Below are positions 15,434 through 23,589 of a stretch of DNA of 47,313 nt, piece by piece. Positions within the stretch are counted from its first letter, which is position 1; each line of letters opens with the position of its first letter. Where the stretch lies: assembly GCA_016784305.1 (NCBI GenBank), contig JADHUY010000001.1, forward strand, positions 1-47,313, written 5' to 3'. The stretch comes from Parcubacteria group bacterium (GTDB lineage Bacteria > Patescibacteriota > Minisyncoccia > Phycocordibacterales > JABMNX01). The position numbers and the translations under genes were made by a program. The notes below the pieces were generated by a model. That model did not search any database. It was not told the DNA's origin and saw only the letters and a program-made list of their open reading frames with translations.

Positions 15434-18400
15434 TTATTCTTCACTTGTTATCTCGTCTAATTTCTCAAGGCGAACATCAAGTGCAAGACCACGTAAGTGC
15501 TTGAGCAGTACGTTAAATGATGCTGGTGTCTGAAGTTTTGTAATCCTCTCTCCACGAACGATTGCGTCAAACGCAGCGGAGCGTCCAGAAATATCATCTG
15601 ACTTAATGGTTAGGACTTCACGCAAAATATGCGCGGCTCCATAGCCAAGGAGCGCCCAGACTTCCATCTCTCCAAACCTTTGACCTCCATTTTGTGCCTT
15701 TCCGCCAAGTGGTTGTTGCGTTATAAGTGAGTACGGACCAATTGAACGCATGTGTATCTTATCCTCAACCATGTGGTGAAGCTTCAGAATGTACATGTAC
15801 CCAACGGAAATATCTTGGTTGAATTTCTCTCCTGTACGTCCATCAAAAAGGGTGATTTTCCCAGTATCAGAAAAGCCTGCTTTTACTAACTCTTCTTTAA
15901 TCTCTTCATCGGTTGCTCCCGTAAATGGAGGTACAATCGCTTGATAGCCAAGTGTGTTTGCGGCAAGCCCTAGATGAAGCTCAAGAATCTGCCCGAGGTT
16001 CATACGGGAAGGCACACCAAGAGGAGTAAGAATCATGTCAACCGGCTCGCCTTCTTTTGTGTATGGCATGTCCTCTTCAGGAAGGATTCGCGAAATGACA
16101 CCTTTGTTTCCATGTCGTCCAGCAAGCTTGTCTCCAACAGAGATGTTTCTTAACTGCGCAACCTCTACATAAATTTTCTTAATTATTCCTGAATCAAGCG
16201 TATCTCCATTTTCTCTAGAAAATACTTTTACTCCTACTACTCGTCCGCGCTTTCCACCTCCGACACGAAGAGATGTGTCTTTAACATCCTTTGCTTTTTC
16301 ACCGAAAATAGAACGGAGCAGTCTTTCCTCCGGAGTAAGCTGAGTTTCTCCCTTTGGAGTTACTTTTCCAACCAAAATATCCCCAGGGCGAACTTCTGCA
16401 CCTATGCGCACAACCCCTTCCTCGTCTAGGTTCTTTAATCTTAATTCACCAACATTTGGAATATCGTGTGTTGTAACCTCTGGTCCAAGTTTTGTATCAC
16501 GAACACTAACAGCAAACTCTTCTACGTGAATGCTTGTGAATTTACTATCCTTAACAAGTCTTTCTGAAATGACCATAGCGTCCTCATAGTTTGAACCTGA
16601 CCACGACATAAATGCCACGCGAATGTTTTGCCCAAGTGCAACTTGTCCTCTATCTGTTGATGAGGAGTCTGCTAAGAGTTCATCTTTCTTCACCTTCTGA
16701 CCCATATCTACCACTGGTCGCTGGTGAAATGCAGACATGTCGTTTGTCCTTGAATATGTAACTAGAGGATATTCAACCTTCTTTCCGCTCCCTTTAATCT
16801 CAATCCTATTAGCGTCTACATATGTAACCTCGCCATCTTCTTTGGCGTACAGTAGTCTGCCTGAGTCCCTTGCTGCTGCCTCCTCAATTCCAGTAGCAAC
16901 GATAGGGGCGTCAGGAATAATGCAGGGAGTTGCCTGCTTTTGCATGTTAGAACCCATAAGTGCGCGGTTGGCATCATCATGCTCAAGAAAAGGAATCATT
17001 GAAGTAGCTATAGAGAATGCTTGGTTTGGCGCAACGTCAATGTAGTCAATCTCGTCTTTACTTGCCATTCCAGGTTCGCTTTTAATACGCACTTCAGCCG
17101 TAGAGTCTAAAATCTTTCCATCTTTATCGTATGTAGTTGCCGCATTTGCTATCACAACAGACTCTTCATCAAGAGCGTTTAAATAAACAATCTCGCCCGT
17201 AATTTTTCCTTTTTCAACTTTTGCATACGGTGTTTCTATTATTCCAAATTCGTTAATACGAGCATTAACTGCAAGGTGAAGAATCAAACCAATGTTCGGT
17301 CCTTCTGGAGTATGGATTGGGCAAAGCCTTCCATAGTGGCTCGGATGAACGTCACGAACCTCAAAACCAGCCCTCTCACGAGTAAGTCCACCTGGGCCAA
17401 GTGCTGAAAGTGTTCGTAAGTGCTCAAGCTCAGAAAGAATGTTCTGCTGGCCCATAAACTGTGAAAGCTGATTTGTAGTGAAAAATTCACGAACAGCGGC
17501 ATGAAATGGTCGTGGGTTTATAAACTGAATAGGTAAAATTGTCTCAGCCTCAACAGTAGACATTCTGTCTTGAATGTTTCGCTTCATCCTAGACATTCCA
17601 ACTCTTATCTTTTGCTGGATAAGCTCACCACAATAACGCACTCGCCTAAAGCCAAGGTGGTCAATATCATCCGCAGTAGCGCCCGGTGTGTTGTTTAACT
17701 CAACAATATTAAGGATGATGCGCACAACATCATCAAGTGAGATGGTTCGTCTTTCAAGCTCCTTCTCATCTATGCTCATTCCAAAACGCATGTTGAAGTG
17801 ACGCCTTCCCACACGAGAAAGGTCATAACGCCCAGTACTAAATATAGAGTCAATGTACTCTTTGGCATTTTCAGCTGTAGCTAAATCTCCATCTCTAAGC
17901 TTTTTGTGAATCTCAATGTATGCATCCTCTACAGTCGTAGCTGTGTCCTTTTCAAGGCACTTTTGTAGCATTTCCTTTGCATTTGGGTTGCTCTTTAAAA
18001 GAGTAAACATGTCTTTGTCAAAGGTTGCACCCATGATGCGGAGAAGCGTAGTCACAGGGAACTTTCTTTTTCTATCAATTTTTACGTAAATACAACCATC
18101 TGGCTCACTTTCAAGCTCAATCCAAGAGCCACGCATAGGGATAATCTTTGCGCCAAACTGATCCTTCCCTTTCATTTCTCTAGTTGTAAAGAAAACACCA
18201 AAAGATCGCGCCAACTGTGGGACTATTGCGCGCTCTGCACCGTTGATAATGAATGTGCCGTGAGAGGTCATCATCGGAAAATCAGCAAGGAATATTTCCT
18301 GCTCCTTTTTCTCACCTGTAGTCTTGTTTGTTAATTTGGCAATTGTGCGAAGAGGTGCGTCATACGTAAGCATATTCTTTTTTGCAAAATGCTCGTCATG

Positions 18401-18613
18401 CTTTGGCTCGCCCATCTCAAAAGAAAGAAACTCCAGGTCAAATTTTTTCCCAGAGTAATCGCTAATAGGAGAAAACTCTTTAAAAATTTCCCCTATTCCA
18501 TTTTTAAGTAATTCGTCAAAAGAATCCGTCTGTGCCTTGATGAAGTGAGGCATTGGCGCTAGTGGCTCCTTAAAACGACCGAACGTTTTCTGCTCAAGTT
18601 TTTTTATTGCCAT
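15434..18613 (-). CDS. rpoB: DNA-directed RNA polymerase subunit beta
   Basis: Full-length beta-subunit motifs (GRHGNKGVIS, FGEMEVWAL). The likely start is the ATG at 18613 (MAIKKLEQ...); the track start is 18640. Confidence 0.97.
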   Translation of the reverse strand: MAIKKLEQKTFGRFKEPLAPMPHFIKAQTDSFDELLKNGIGEIFKEFSPISDYSGKKFDLEFLSFEMGEPKHDEHFAKKNMLTYDAPLRTIAKLTNKTTGEKKEQEIFLADFPMMTSHGTFIINGAERAIVPQLARSFGVFFTTREMKGKDQFGAKIIPMRGSWIELESEPDGCIYVKIDRKRKFPVTTLLRIMGATFDKDMFTLLKSNPNAKEMLQKCLEKDTATTVEDAYIEIHKKLRDGDLATAENAKEYIDSIFSTGRYDLSRVGRRHFNMRFGMSIDEKELERRTISLDDVVRIILNIVELNNTPGATADDIDHLGFRRVRYCGELIQQKIRVGMSRMKRNIQDRMSTVEAETILPIQFINPRPFHAAVREFFTTNQLSQFMGQQNILSELEHLRTLSALGPGGLTRERAGFEVRDVHPSHYGRLCPIHTPEGPNIGLILHLAVNARINEFGIIETPYAKVEKGKITGEIVYLNALDEESVVIANAATTYDKDGKILDSTAEVRIKSEPGMASKDEIDYIDVAPNQAFSIATSMIPFLEHDDANRALMGSNMQKQATPCIIPDAPIVATGIEEAAARDSGRLLYAKEDGEVTYVDANRIEIKGSGKKVEYPLVTYSRTNDMSAFHQRPVVDMGQKVKKDELLADSSSTDRGQVALGQNIRVAFMSWSGSNYEDAMVISERLVKDSKFTSIHVEEFAVSVRDTKLGPEVTTHDIPNVGELRLKNLDEEGVVRIGAEVRPGDILVGKVTPKGETQLTPEERLLRSIFGEKAKDVKDTSLRVGGGKRGRVVGVKVFSRENGDTLDSGIIKKIYVEVAQLRNISVGDKLAGRHGNKGVISRILPEEDMPYTKEGEPVDMILTPLGVPSRMNLGQILELHLGLAANTLGYQAIVPPFTGATDEEIKEELVKAGFSDTGKITLFDGRTGEKFNQDISVGYMYILKLHHMVEDKIHMRSIGPYSLITQQPLGGKAQNGGQRFGEMEVWALLGYGAAHILREVLTIKSDDISGRSAAFDAIVRGERITKLQTPASFNVLLKHLRGLALDVRLEKLDEITSEE

Positions 18614-18753
18614 TTGGTCGTAAAAATAAAATGATAACACAAAGGAAAAACCATCCCTTTTGTGCTGTGGCTGAGAAAATAGTTATGAAAACTTATCCAA
18701 TTCTCCCAGACAATTTTTATAATATTCAGGGCTATCGTAACAAATTAATTTGC

Positions 18754-18826
18754 CCCATATTAGCTCCTCGGCTCGGAAATATGAAAGTAAACTTTCCTAC
18801 CCCACTCACCTTACGTCGCTAATGAA
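18754..18826 (-). promoter_or_regulatory. conserved upstream module, copy 1 (ATTAGCGACGTA - hairpin - ATTTCCGAGCCGAGGAGCTAATATGGG), 140 nt before the rpoB ATG
   Basis: 27/27 nt identical to 40785..40811 and 11/12 identical in the distal box. Contains a TAATAT -10-like hexamer. Confidence 0.5.
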
Positions 18827-18923
18827 AAAATGTATCTCCTGTAAGCAAAGACTCAATCAGATCAGAAGTAAAAAGAGTATATAGGATAGGGATATTTCTG
18901 TCAAATTTCAGATAAATCAATAC

Positions 18924-18974
18924 CGCCCGTTGCGAGATTTTGCCAAAACTAGGCAAACAACTCGCAACGGGCGA
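18924..18974 (-). terminator. long hairpin (cgcccgttgcgag ... ctcgcaacgggcg with inner tttgcc/ggcaaa) downstream of the 57-aa ORF
   Basis: 13-bp outer stem plus a 6-bp inner stem. Confidence 0.55.
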
Positions 18975-19022
18975 CATGTTATACGAATGGAAGGTCTAGC
19001 TAGATCCCTTCCAACAATTTGA

Positions 19023-19196
19023 TTACGGCGGATCTATGCCGAGAGTCCTGTAACGCTCATCCCTCTTGACAGCGGTTTGTCGCCTTACTTCCGCAGTCAC
19101 GACGTGACTTCGGAACAGACGCTCCACAGCCCGCTCCTTGGTCACAGGCTCTTCTTTAGCCTTTTTATCATTGTTGGTCCTGACTTCTCGACTCAT
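19023..19196 (-). CDS. small GC-rich hypothetical protein, 57 aa (below the ORF-track cutoff)
   Basis: ATG at 19196 preceded by AGAAGGGGGCAGAAGAAA (SD). Sequence MSREVRTNNDKKAKEEPVTKERAVERLFRSHVVTAEVRRQTAVKRDERYRTLGIDPP, followed by a strong hairpin. Confidence 0.45.
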   Translation of the reverse strand: MSREVRTNNDKKAKEEPVTKERAVERLFRSHVVTAEVRRQTAVKRDERYRTLGIDPP

Positions 19197-19295
19197 TTTC
19201 TTCTGCCCCCTTCTTAAGGTACTTAATGGGGTTACTTAAAGTTCATCCTCAAGCTTGCCCACAAATATACTAACCAAAAAGATAGGGCTTGTAAA

Positions 19296-19937
19296 CTACT
19301 TCTTTTTGTTGCGCCATTTTTCTATATTTTCGTGGTGCCCTGAAAGGAGTACTTTTGGCACTCTATATTTCTTCCCCTGCCACTTTAATACCTCGGGACG
19401 GGTATAAACGTCTCTACTTGCATTCCTACTCTCCTCTAGTGAGTCAAAGTTTCCAAGCACTCCTTCAATCTGCCTTGTAATAGAGTCAACCATAATGGCT
19501 GACGGAAGCTCACCTCCCGTTAATACATATGGCCCAACAGAAATCTCTTTTGCCTTTAATATTTTTCTTACACGAGCGTCTACCCCTTCGTAGTGTCCAG
19601 ATATAAAAACAACATGTTTATACTTCCTTGAAATACTCTTTGCCATCTTCGTATCAAACTGTGCCCCTGATGGAGAAAAGAAAATTGTTTTTACATCCTT
19701 CTTTTTACCAATGGCCGCTTTGGCTGCGCGCAACACAGACTCTGCTTCAAGCACCATCCCAGGGCCACCGCCATATGGGCGCCTATCTACTCGCTTGTGC
19801 CTATCCTGTGTGAAGTCGCGTGGATTATAGTATGAAATCTTTATCTTCTTGTCCGTCACTGCCCGCCCAAGAATAGAGGACTCTAGATATCCTTCTATAC
19901 TCTCTCTGAAAAGTGTAATTATGTGAAAATGAATCAT
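19296..19937 (-). CDS. trmD: tRNA (guanine37-N1)-methyltransferase
   Basis: RPYGGGPGMVL and GHYEGVDARV motifs. ATG at 19937; the track uses GTG at 19970. Confidence 0.93.
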   Translation of the reverse strand: MIHFHIITLFRESIEGYLESSILGRAVTDKKIKISYYNPRDFTQDRHKRVDRRPYGGGPGMVLEAESVLRAAKAAIGKKKDVKTIFFSPSGAQFDTKMAKSISRKYKHVVFISGHYEGVDARVRKILKAKEISVGPYVLTGGELPSAIMVDSITRQIEGVLGNFDSLEESRNASRDVYTRPEVLKWQGKKYRVPKVLLSGHHENIEKWRNKKK

Positions 19938-20005
19938 ATGAATGGCAAAATCGTGACACGATTGTGCCACGATTTTCGCTTTTAGTCGAGAGCTTAATAC
20001 CTAAA

Positions 20006-20326
20006 TTAAAGCTTCAAGTCTTCCATTGCCTCATCAACTGATTTAGTTACGTCCCCAGCAGAAGATGCACCTCCTGTGCCTCCCTCTGGTTCTTCAATCT
20101 TAAGGTTTACTCTTGCGTCGTTCTTCATTCCAACAACACGAAGAAGGGTTCTAATCGCTTTTGCAGTATTCCCTGAACGGCCGATAATTTTGCCCATGTC
20201 TTCACGGTTCACTAAGAGAGTAAGAAGTACCCCCATCTCGTCAACCGTTCGCTCAATCTTTATGTCTTCAGGATGATCAGCTAGCGATTTAACTACGTAT
20301 TCTAGAAACTTCTGATCGTCTTCCAT
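20006..20326 (-). CDS. KH-domain RNA-binding protein (YlqC/UPF0109-like)
   Basis: GKIIGRSGNTAKAIRTLL (GxxG KH motif) and the conserved position between rpsP and trmD. Confidence 0.85.
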   Translation of the reverse strand: MEDDQKFLEYVVKSLADHPEDIKIERTVDEMGVLLTLLVNREDMGKIIGRSGNTAKAIRTLLRVVGMKNDARVNLKIEEPEGGTGGASSAGDVTKSVDEAMEDLKL

Positions 20327-20434
20327 ATTTATCAAACTATCTTAAAGTAAAATTGGCACTCGACCCGCCTGCCTTACTAAAATAATTGCATAATGGGATT
20401 ATATGTCAACCCGAACCTTTGTATTTATATAGAG

Positions 20435-20914
20435 TTAAGCTTTCTTATCCTCTTCTTCAGAAACCTCCTCTTTTACTTCCGGAGCCTCTACCTCTTCTTC
20501 TTTTTTCTCCTCTTCTTTAGAAATGTCTTCTACGACTATCTCACTAGAGGCTGGCTCACTCCCACCTGACACAGCTTCTTCAGTCTCTTCTGCACCAGCA
20601 GACGCATCATCTTCTTTAGCTTCAACGGTCTCTTTTACAATAGGAGATTTCTTAGGAAGTACGTTCTTTTTCTTTCCTTCAATAATCCCTTCCTTTATTA
20701 AAATATTATGCATCGTGTCTGACACTTGAGCTCCATTTTTAATCCAATGCTTTACTCTCTCACCGTCTATAGATACTGTATCCATCTTAGGGTTGTATGA
20801 ACCAATAAGGTCTACATACTTTCCACTTTTAGGGCCTTGGTGGGAATCAACGACAACAACCCTAAATGAGGGGTCGTTTTTTCGGCCTATTCTTTGTAAG
20901 CGAATCATTAACAT
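20435..20914 (-). CDS. rpsP: 30S ribosomal protein S16 with long acidic C-terminal extension
   Basis: MLMIRLQRIGRKNDPSFRVVV N-terminus and a C-terminal E/K-rich ~80-aa tail. Confidence 0.92.
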   Translation of the reverse strand: MLMIRLQRIGRKNDPSFRVVVVDSHQGPKSGKYVDLIGSYNPKMDTVSIDGERVKHWIKNGAQVSDTMHNILIKEGIIEGKKKNVLPKKSPIVKETVEAKEDDASAGAEETEEAVSGGSEPASSEIVVEDISKEEEKKEEEVEAPEVKEEVSEEEDKKA

Positions 20915-20974
20915 TGTGAGCCAAAATGTACCAGAAGTAAGGACTATGGTCAATACAGACCGAAAAGTGGGCTA

Positions 20975-21100
20975 ATAAAAAAAGAAGCCCGGACCACCAC
21001 ACTTTTTGTGGGTGGATCCGGGCCGAGTCTACAGGGAGGCGTCAACAGACTGGAATAATCCAATCCGTTACGATGACACGGTAATGTGTCATCGCAGAGA
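20975..21100 (-). ncRNA. candidate ~120-nt small RNA or cis-regulatory leader upstream of rpsP
   Basis: On the minus strand: a 9-bp 5' hairpin (21071-21094), a GC-richer middle segment, then a 14-bp GC-rich hairpin (20987-21023) followed by TTCTTTTTTT. A possible TTGCTA-16-TATCAT promoter lies just upstream. Confidence 0.3.
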
Positions 21101-21127
21101 TGATAGCATAAGAAAAAAACATAGCAA

Positions 21128-21136
21128 TGCTATACT
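21128..21136 (+). promoter_or_regulatory. extended -10 TGcTATACT 6 nt upstream of the rnr ATG (leaderless-type)
   Basis: TGCTATACT-ctcaat-ATG with no SD. Confidence 0.4.
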
Positions 21137-21142
21137 CTCAAT

Positions 21143-23077
21143 ATGAGAAATGACAAGTCAAACAAAAGATTCACAGGAATTATAGATATAACCGGCCGTG
21201 GCATTGGCTATATTAAGCACGAGGAGTATGAGAAGGATATTGAAATAGAACGTGGGCACCTAGCAATGGCCCTTAACGGCGACACTGTAAGTGTGGAGCT
21301 TTTAGCTAAAGCCAAAAAGGGAGAGCGTCAGCAAGGTCGTGTCACAGAAATACTTGAACGAGCGAAAACTCAGTTTGTAGGAGTAATTGAGAAAAAGGAC
21401 ACTGACTTCTTCCTATCTGCAGATGATAGGAGAATGTACGTAGATATCTCCATCACAGATGCAAAGGAGAAAAATGCCGCTGAAGGTGCTAAAGCACTTG
21501 TATCATTAACTGAGTGGAAAAAGGACGAAGAATATCCAAAAGGGACGCTCGTGAGAGTGCTTGGTATGAAAGGTGAACATGAAACTGAAATGCAATCTAT
21601 TGTGCTTGAGCATCAGTTTGATACCAAGTTTCCAGATGAGGTAGAGAATGAAGCTAAAAAGATTAATGAAAACCGCGCTATCTCTGATGAAGAAATAAGC
21701 AAGAGAAGGGATTTCCGAGGCATAGCCACATTCACTATTGACCCAGACGATGCAAAAGACTTTGATGATGCGCTCTCTGTAAAAATCCTAGATGACGGAA
21801 ACACAGAAGTAGGAATACATATTGCCGACGTAACTCACTATGTGCGTCCCGGAAGCACTATAGATAAAGAAGCACAAAAGAGAGGCACATCGGTGTACCT
21901 AGTAGATAGGACCATTCCCATGCTCCCTGAAGTGCTTTCAAATGACATATGTAGCCTAAGGCCAGATGAGGACAGACTGACCTTCTCTGCGGTATTCACA
22001 TTAAATGAAAATGGAGAGGTAAAAGATAAATGGTTTGGTAAAAGCATAATACACTCTGATAAAAGATTTACATATGAAGAAGCACAAGGTGTGCTTGATA
22101 GTGGCTCTGGAGTATTTTCGGATGAGTTAATCAAGATACGCGATATTGCAAGGAAAATCAGGAGTCGTCGTATGCAAGAAGGTGCCATAGCCTTTGAGCA
22201 AGATGAAGTTAAATTTAAGCTTGATAAGGATGGTGTGCCAATAGATGTAGTAGTGAAAGAGCGCATGGAGACCAACATGCTCATTGAAGATTATATGCTT
22301 CTTGCAAATAAAGGTGTGGCAGAGCATATATTTGAGATGTGTAAAAAACAGGGCCTAGGCACTCCGACTTTTATATATCGAATACATGATGTCCCAAATA
22401 ATGAAAAAATAGCCGAGCTAGATATATTCATTCGCGCAATTGGCTATGAGCTAAAAACCGGCAAAGGCGACGTGTCATCTAAAGACATAAATAAACTTTT
22501 GGCATCTATTAAAGGAAAGCCCGAAGAGAAAATGATACAGATGGCAACCATACGCTCTATGGCAAAAGCTATTTACTCCACAAAGAATATCGGCCATTTT
22601 AGCCTTTCATTTAAACACTATACCCACTTCACATCCCCGATACGTAGGTACCCCGACATGATGGCGCACCGCATATTTTTCGGACACTTAAGTAAACAGC
22701 TAGTTAGAGGCGATGAGCTAAAAGCATACGGAAGCTTGGCTATTCAATCTTCACGCCGTGAAATAGAAGCTGTGAAAGCAGAGCGCGAAAGCATAAAGTA
22801 CAAGCAAGTTGAGTACATGAGCAAACACATTGGTGAGCAATTTGACGGGCTCGTAACTGGCATAACCGACTTTGGCATATTCGTAGAGGAAAAGAAAACA
22901 AAAGCCGAAGGTTTGGTGCGCCTTTCAACCCTTGATGACTACTATGAGGTTGATAGAGGCGGTTACGGTATAACCGGCAAAAAAACTAGGAACACATATA
23001 CGATAGGAGAGAGTGTGAAGATAGAACTTATAGAGGCTGATCTAGACGAGCGAAAGCTGAGCTGGAATATTGTCTAA
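21143..23077 (+). CDS. rnr: ribonuclease R
   Basis: RNB catalytic region (DPDDAKDFDDALS, HIADVTHYV) and a C-terminal S1 domain (GLVTGITDFGIFVE). Confidence 0.93.
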   Translation: MRNDKSNKRFTGIIDITGRGIGYIKHEEYEKDIEIERGHLAMALNGDTVSVELLAKAKKGERQQGRVTEILERAKTQFVGVIEKKDTDFFLSADDRRMYVDISITDAKEKNAAEGAKALVSLTEWKKDEEYPKGTLVRVLGMKGEHETEMQSIVLEHQFDTKFPDEVENEAKKINENRAISDEEISKRRDFRGIATFTIDPDDAKDFDDALSVKILDDGNTEVGIHIADVTHYVRPGSTIDKEAQKRGTSVYLVDRTIPMLPEVLSNDICSLRPDEDRLTFSAVFTLNENGEVKDKWFGKSIIHSDKRFTYEEAQGVLDSGSGVFSDELIKIRDIARKIRSRRMQEGAIAFEQDEVKFKLDKDGVPIDVVVKERMETNMLIEDYMLLANKGVAEHIFEMCKKQGLGTPTFIYRIHDVPNNEKIAELDIFIRAIGYELKTGKGDVSSKDINKLLASIKGKPEEKMIQMATIRSMAKAIYSTKNIGHFSLSFKHYTHFTSPIRRYPDMMAHRIFFGHLSKQLVRGDELKAYGSLAIQSSRREIEAVKAERESIKYKQVEYMSKHIGEQFDGLVTGITDFGIFVEEKKTKAEGLVRLSTLDDYYEVDRGGYGITGKKTRNTYTIGESVKIELIEADLDERKLSWNIV

Positions 23078-23088
23078 AAAACTAAAAC

Positions 23089-23129
23089 TAGTCCAATTCA
23101 TTGGATTAAACTGTTCGATATATCGAACA
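23089..23129. terminator. two adjacent hairpins after rnr (tagtccaat-tc-attggatta, and the 18-nt perfect palindrome tgttcgatatatcgaaca)
   Basis: Read directly. The first resembles the 1391..1420 palindrome. Confidence 0.55.
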
Positions 23130-23154
23130 AATTTGGTAACTTGAATAAATTAAA

Positions 23155-23178
23155 ACTATTCCAATATATTGGAATAGT
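23155..23178. repeat. 24-nt perfect palindrome ACTATTCCAATATATTGGAATAGT (copy D)
   Basis: Identical to 7144..7167. Lies between convergent genes. Confidence 0.9.
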
Positions 23179-23242
23179 CGTTAGATACCTGCATGCGACA
23201 AGCAAATATCTAACAAATTCTAATGATTTTTATAAAATGAAA

Positions 23243-23509
23243 CTATTCTGATCTCTTTTGAGACGCCCCAGTAAGCTGAAGCTCTTCTATTGCGCCGGTG
23301 TCTCTTTGCAAACGTGCAAGTGCGCCAGTAAGATAGTGCAGTTGCTTCTCAAACCTCGCTTGCCCCCCTTTCTCCAGCACTTCATCAATCACGTGCGCAA
23401 TTTTTGTAGCTGCATCAGCGAGACCAATGGCCTCGCTTCTTGCGTTTATAAGAAACCGCTTGTGACGATCACGAGCCAGCTTCTGACGATTTATCGTTTC
23501 GTTAGCCAT
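23243..23509 (-). CDS. small GC-rich hypothetical helical protein (88 aa)
   Basis: ATG at 23509 preceded by ACGGAGAAGAAACG (SD). Sequence begins MANETINRQKLARDRHKRF... GC is higher than in the flanks. Confidence 0.55.
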   Translation of the reverse strand: MANETINRQKLARDRHKRFLINARSEAIGLADAATKIAHVIDEVLEKGGQARFEKQLHYLTGALARLQRDTGAIEELQLTGASQKRSE

Positions 23510-23589
23510 CGTTTCTTCTCCGTACATAGTTAAACAAATACTATTTTCAATTAGATAGTAACACATCTCTACTTATACGTCAATATTAA

